A DNA stretch of 31,267 nucleotides, taken from the NCBI GenBank assembly GCA_964016885.1, contig CAXHJY010000260.1, positions 1-31,267 on the forward strand. Direction: 5' to 3'. This DNA is from Eledone cirrhosa. Its lineage: Eukaryota. The position numbers and the translations under genes were made by a program. Below the pieces are notes generated by a model. The model saw only the letters and a program-made list of their open reading frames with translations. It was not told the origin of the DNA and did no database searches. Shown here piece after piece: positions 30,615 to 31,267 of this stretch. The stretch's first letter is position 1. Each line of letters begins with the position of its first letter.

Positions 30615-30647
<33 letters not shown>

Positions 30648-30678
30648 ATATATATATATATATATACATATATATATA

Positions 30679-30756
<78 letters not shown>

Positions 30757-30757
30757 C

Positions 30758-30936
<179 letters not shown>

Positions 30937-30962
30937 TATATATATATATAATATATATATAT

Positions 30963-31267
30963 ATTAAGTTAAAAATGTACATCCACATATGTATACTGAA
31001 ATACTAGTATGCATATGAATACACACACGTATACATATGTAGATGTACCGAGTTTTTCACTGGTCACTTTACTGTGAGTGTCCAGCTATTCTGTATGTAA
31101 ACACACAGACAAACCGGTTTTTAGAGTCATACTGGTTTTTTAGGAAACACCTTTCCTCTATTCTCCAGAAAGCCAGACAAGGAATATTGAACTAGTTTCG
31201 ATGTTGTTACATCTCATCAGCAATATTTACCTATCTTCCGGCCTCTCTAGAGAATCGTAAAAGCACA
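30963..31267 (-). repeat. Diverged copy of the 467-bp unit (runs off the window end)
   Basis: Aligns to the array consensus with about 9 substitutions and 1 deletion over 305 bp (counted by eye). Abuts (TA)n. Confidence 0.95.
31183..31227 (-). ncRNA. Hammerhead ribozyme variant with a compensatory stem II change
   Basis: AAUAUUG-CUGAUGA-GAUGU(AACA)ACAUC-GAAA-CUAG-UU/CAAUAUU. Substitutions at 31201 and 31212 convert a U-A pair to A-U. Confidence 0.9.

Overview
Animal (eukaryotic) repeat-rich DNA, probably cephalopod/Octopus-like (inferred from the SINE fragments and the extreme (TA)n load). There is no intact host gene. Long (TA)n microsatellites host a cluster of at least five unrelated sequence families that each carry a minimal type I hammerhead ribozyme (HHR) motif with a very short, usually palindromic helix III. 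They are: a 467-bp tandem array (about 29 units, 28 HHRs, plus one diverged copy with a compensatory base-pair change); a 593-bp tandem array (4 units, 5 HHRs); a 250-bp fold-back element; a 281-bp palindrome; and the 3' region of a Penelope-like element (PLE) with a GIY-YIG endonuclease, fused in frame to the 5' half of an RTE LINE. The four non-coding families share one geometry: a fold-back inversion on the 5' side of the ribozyme-sense strand, with ends in (TA)n or short AT runs. The 467-bp array forms a palindrome of about 11.5 kb. My inference is a retrozyme-like (circRNA-derived) system mobilised by PLE reverse transcriptase, targeting (TA)n, with cDNA snap-back. Ribozyme activity, expression and assembly validity cannot be shown from sequence alone.
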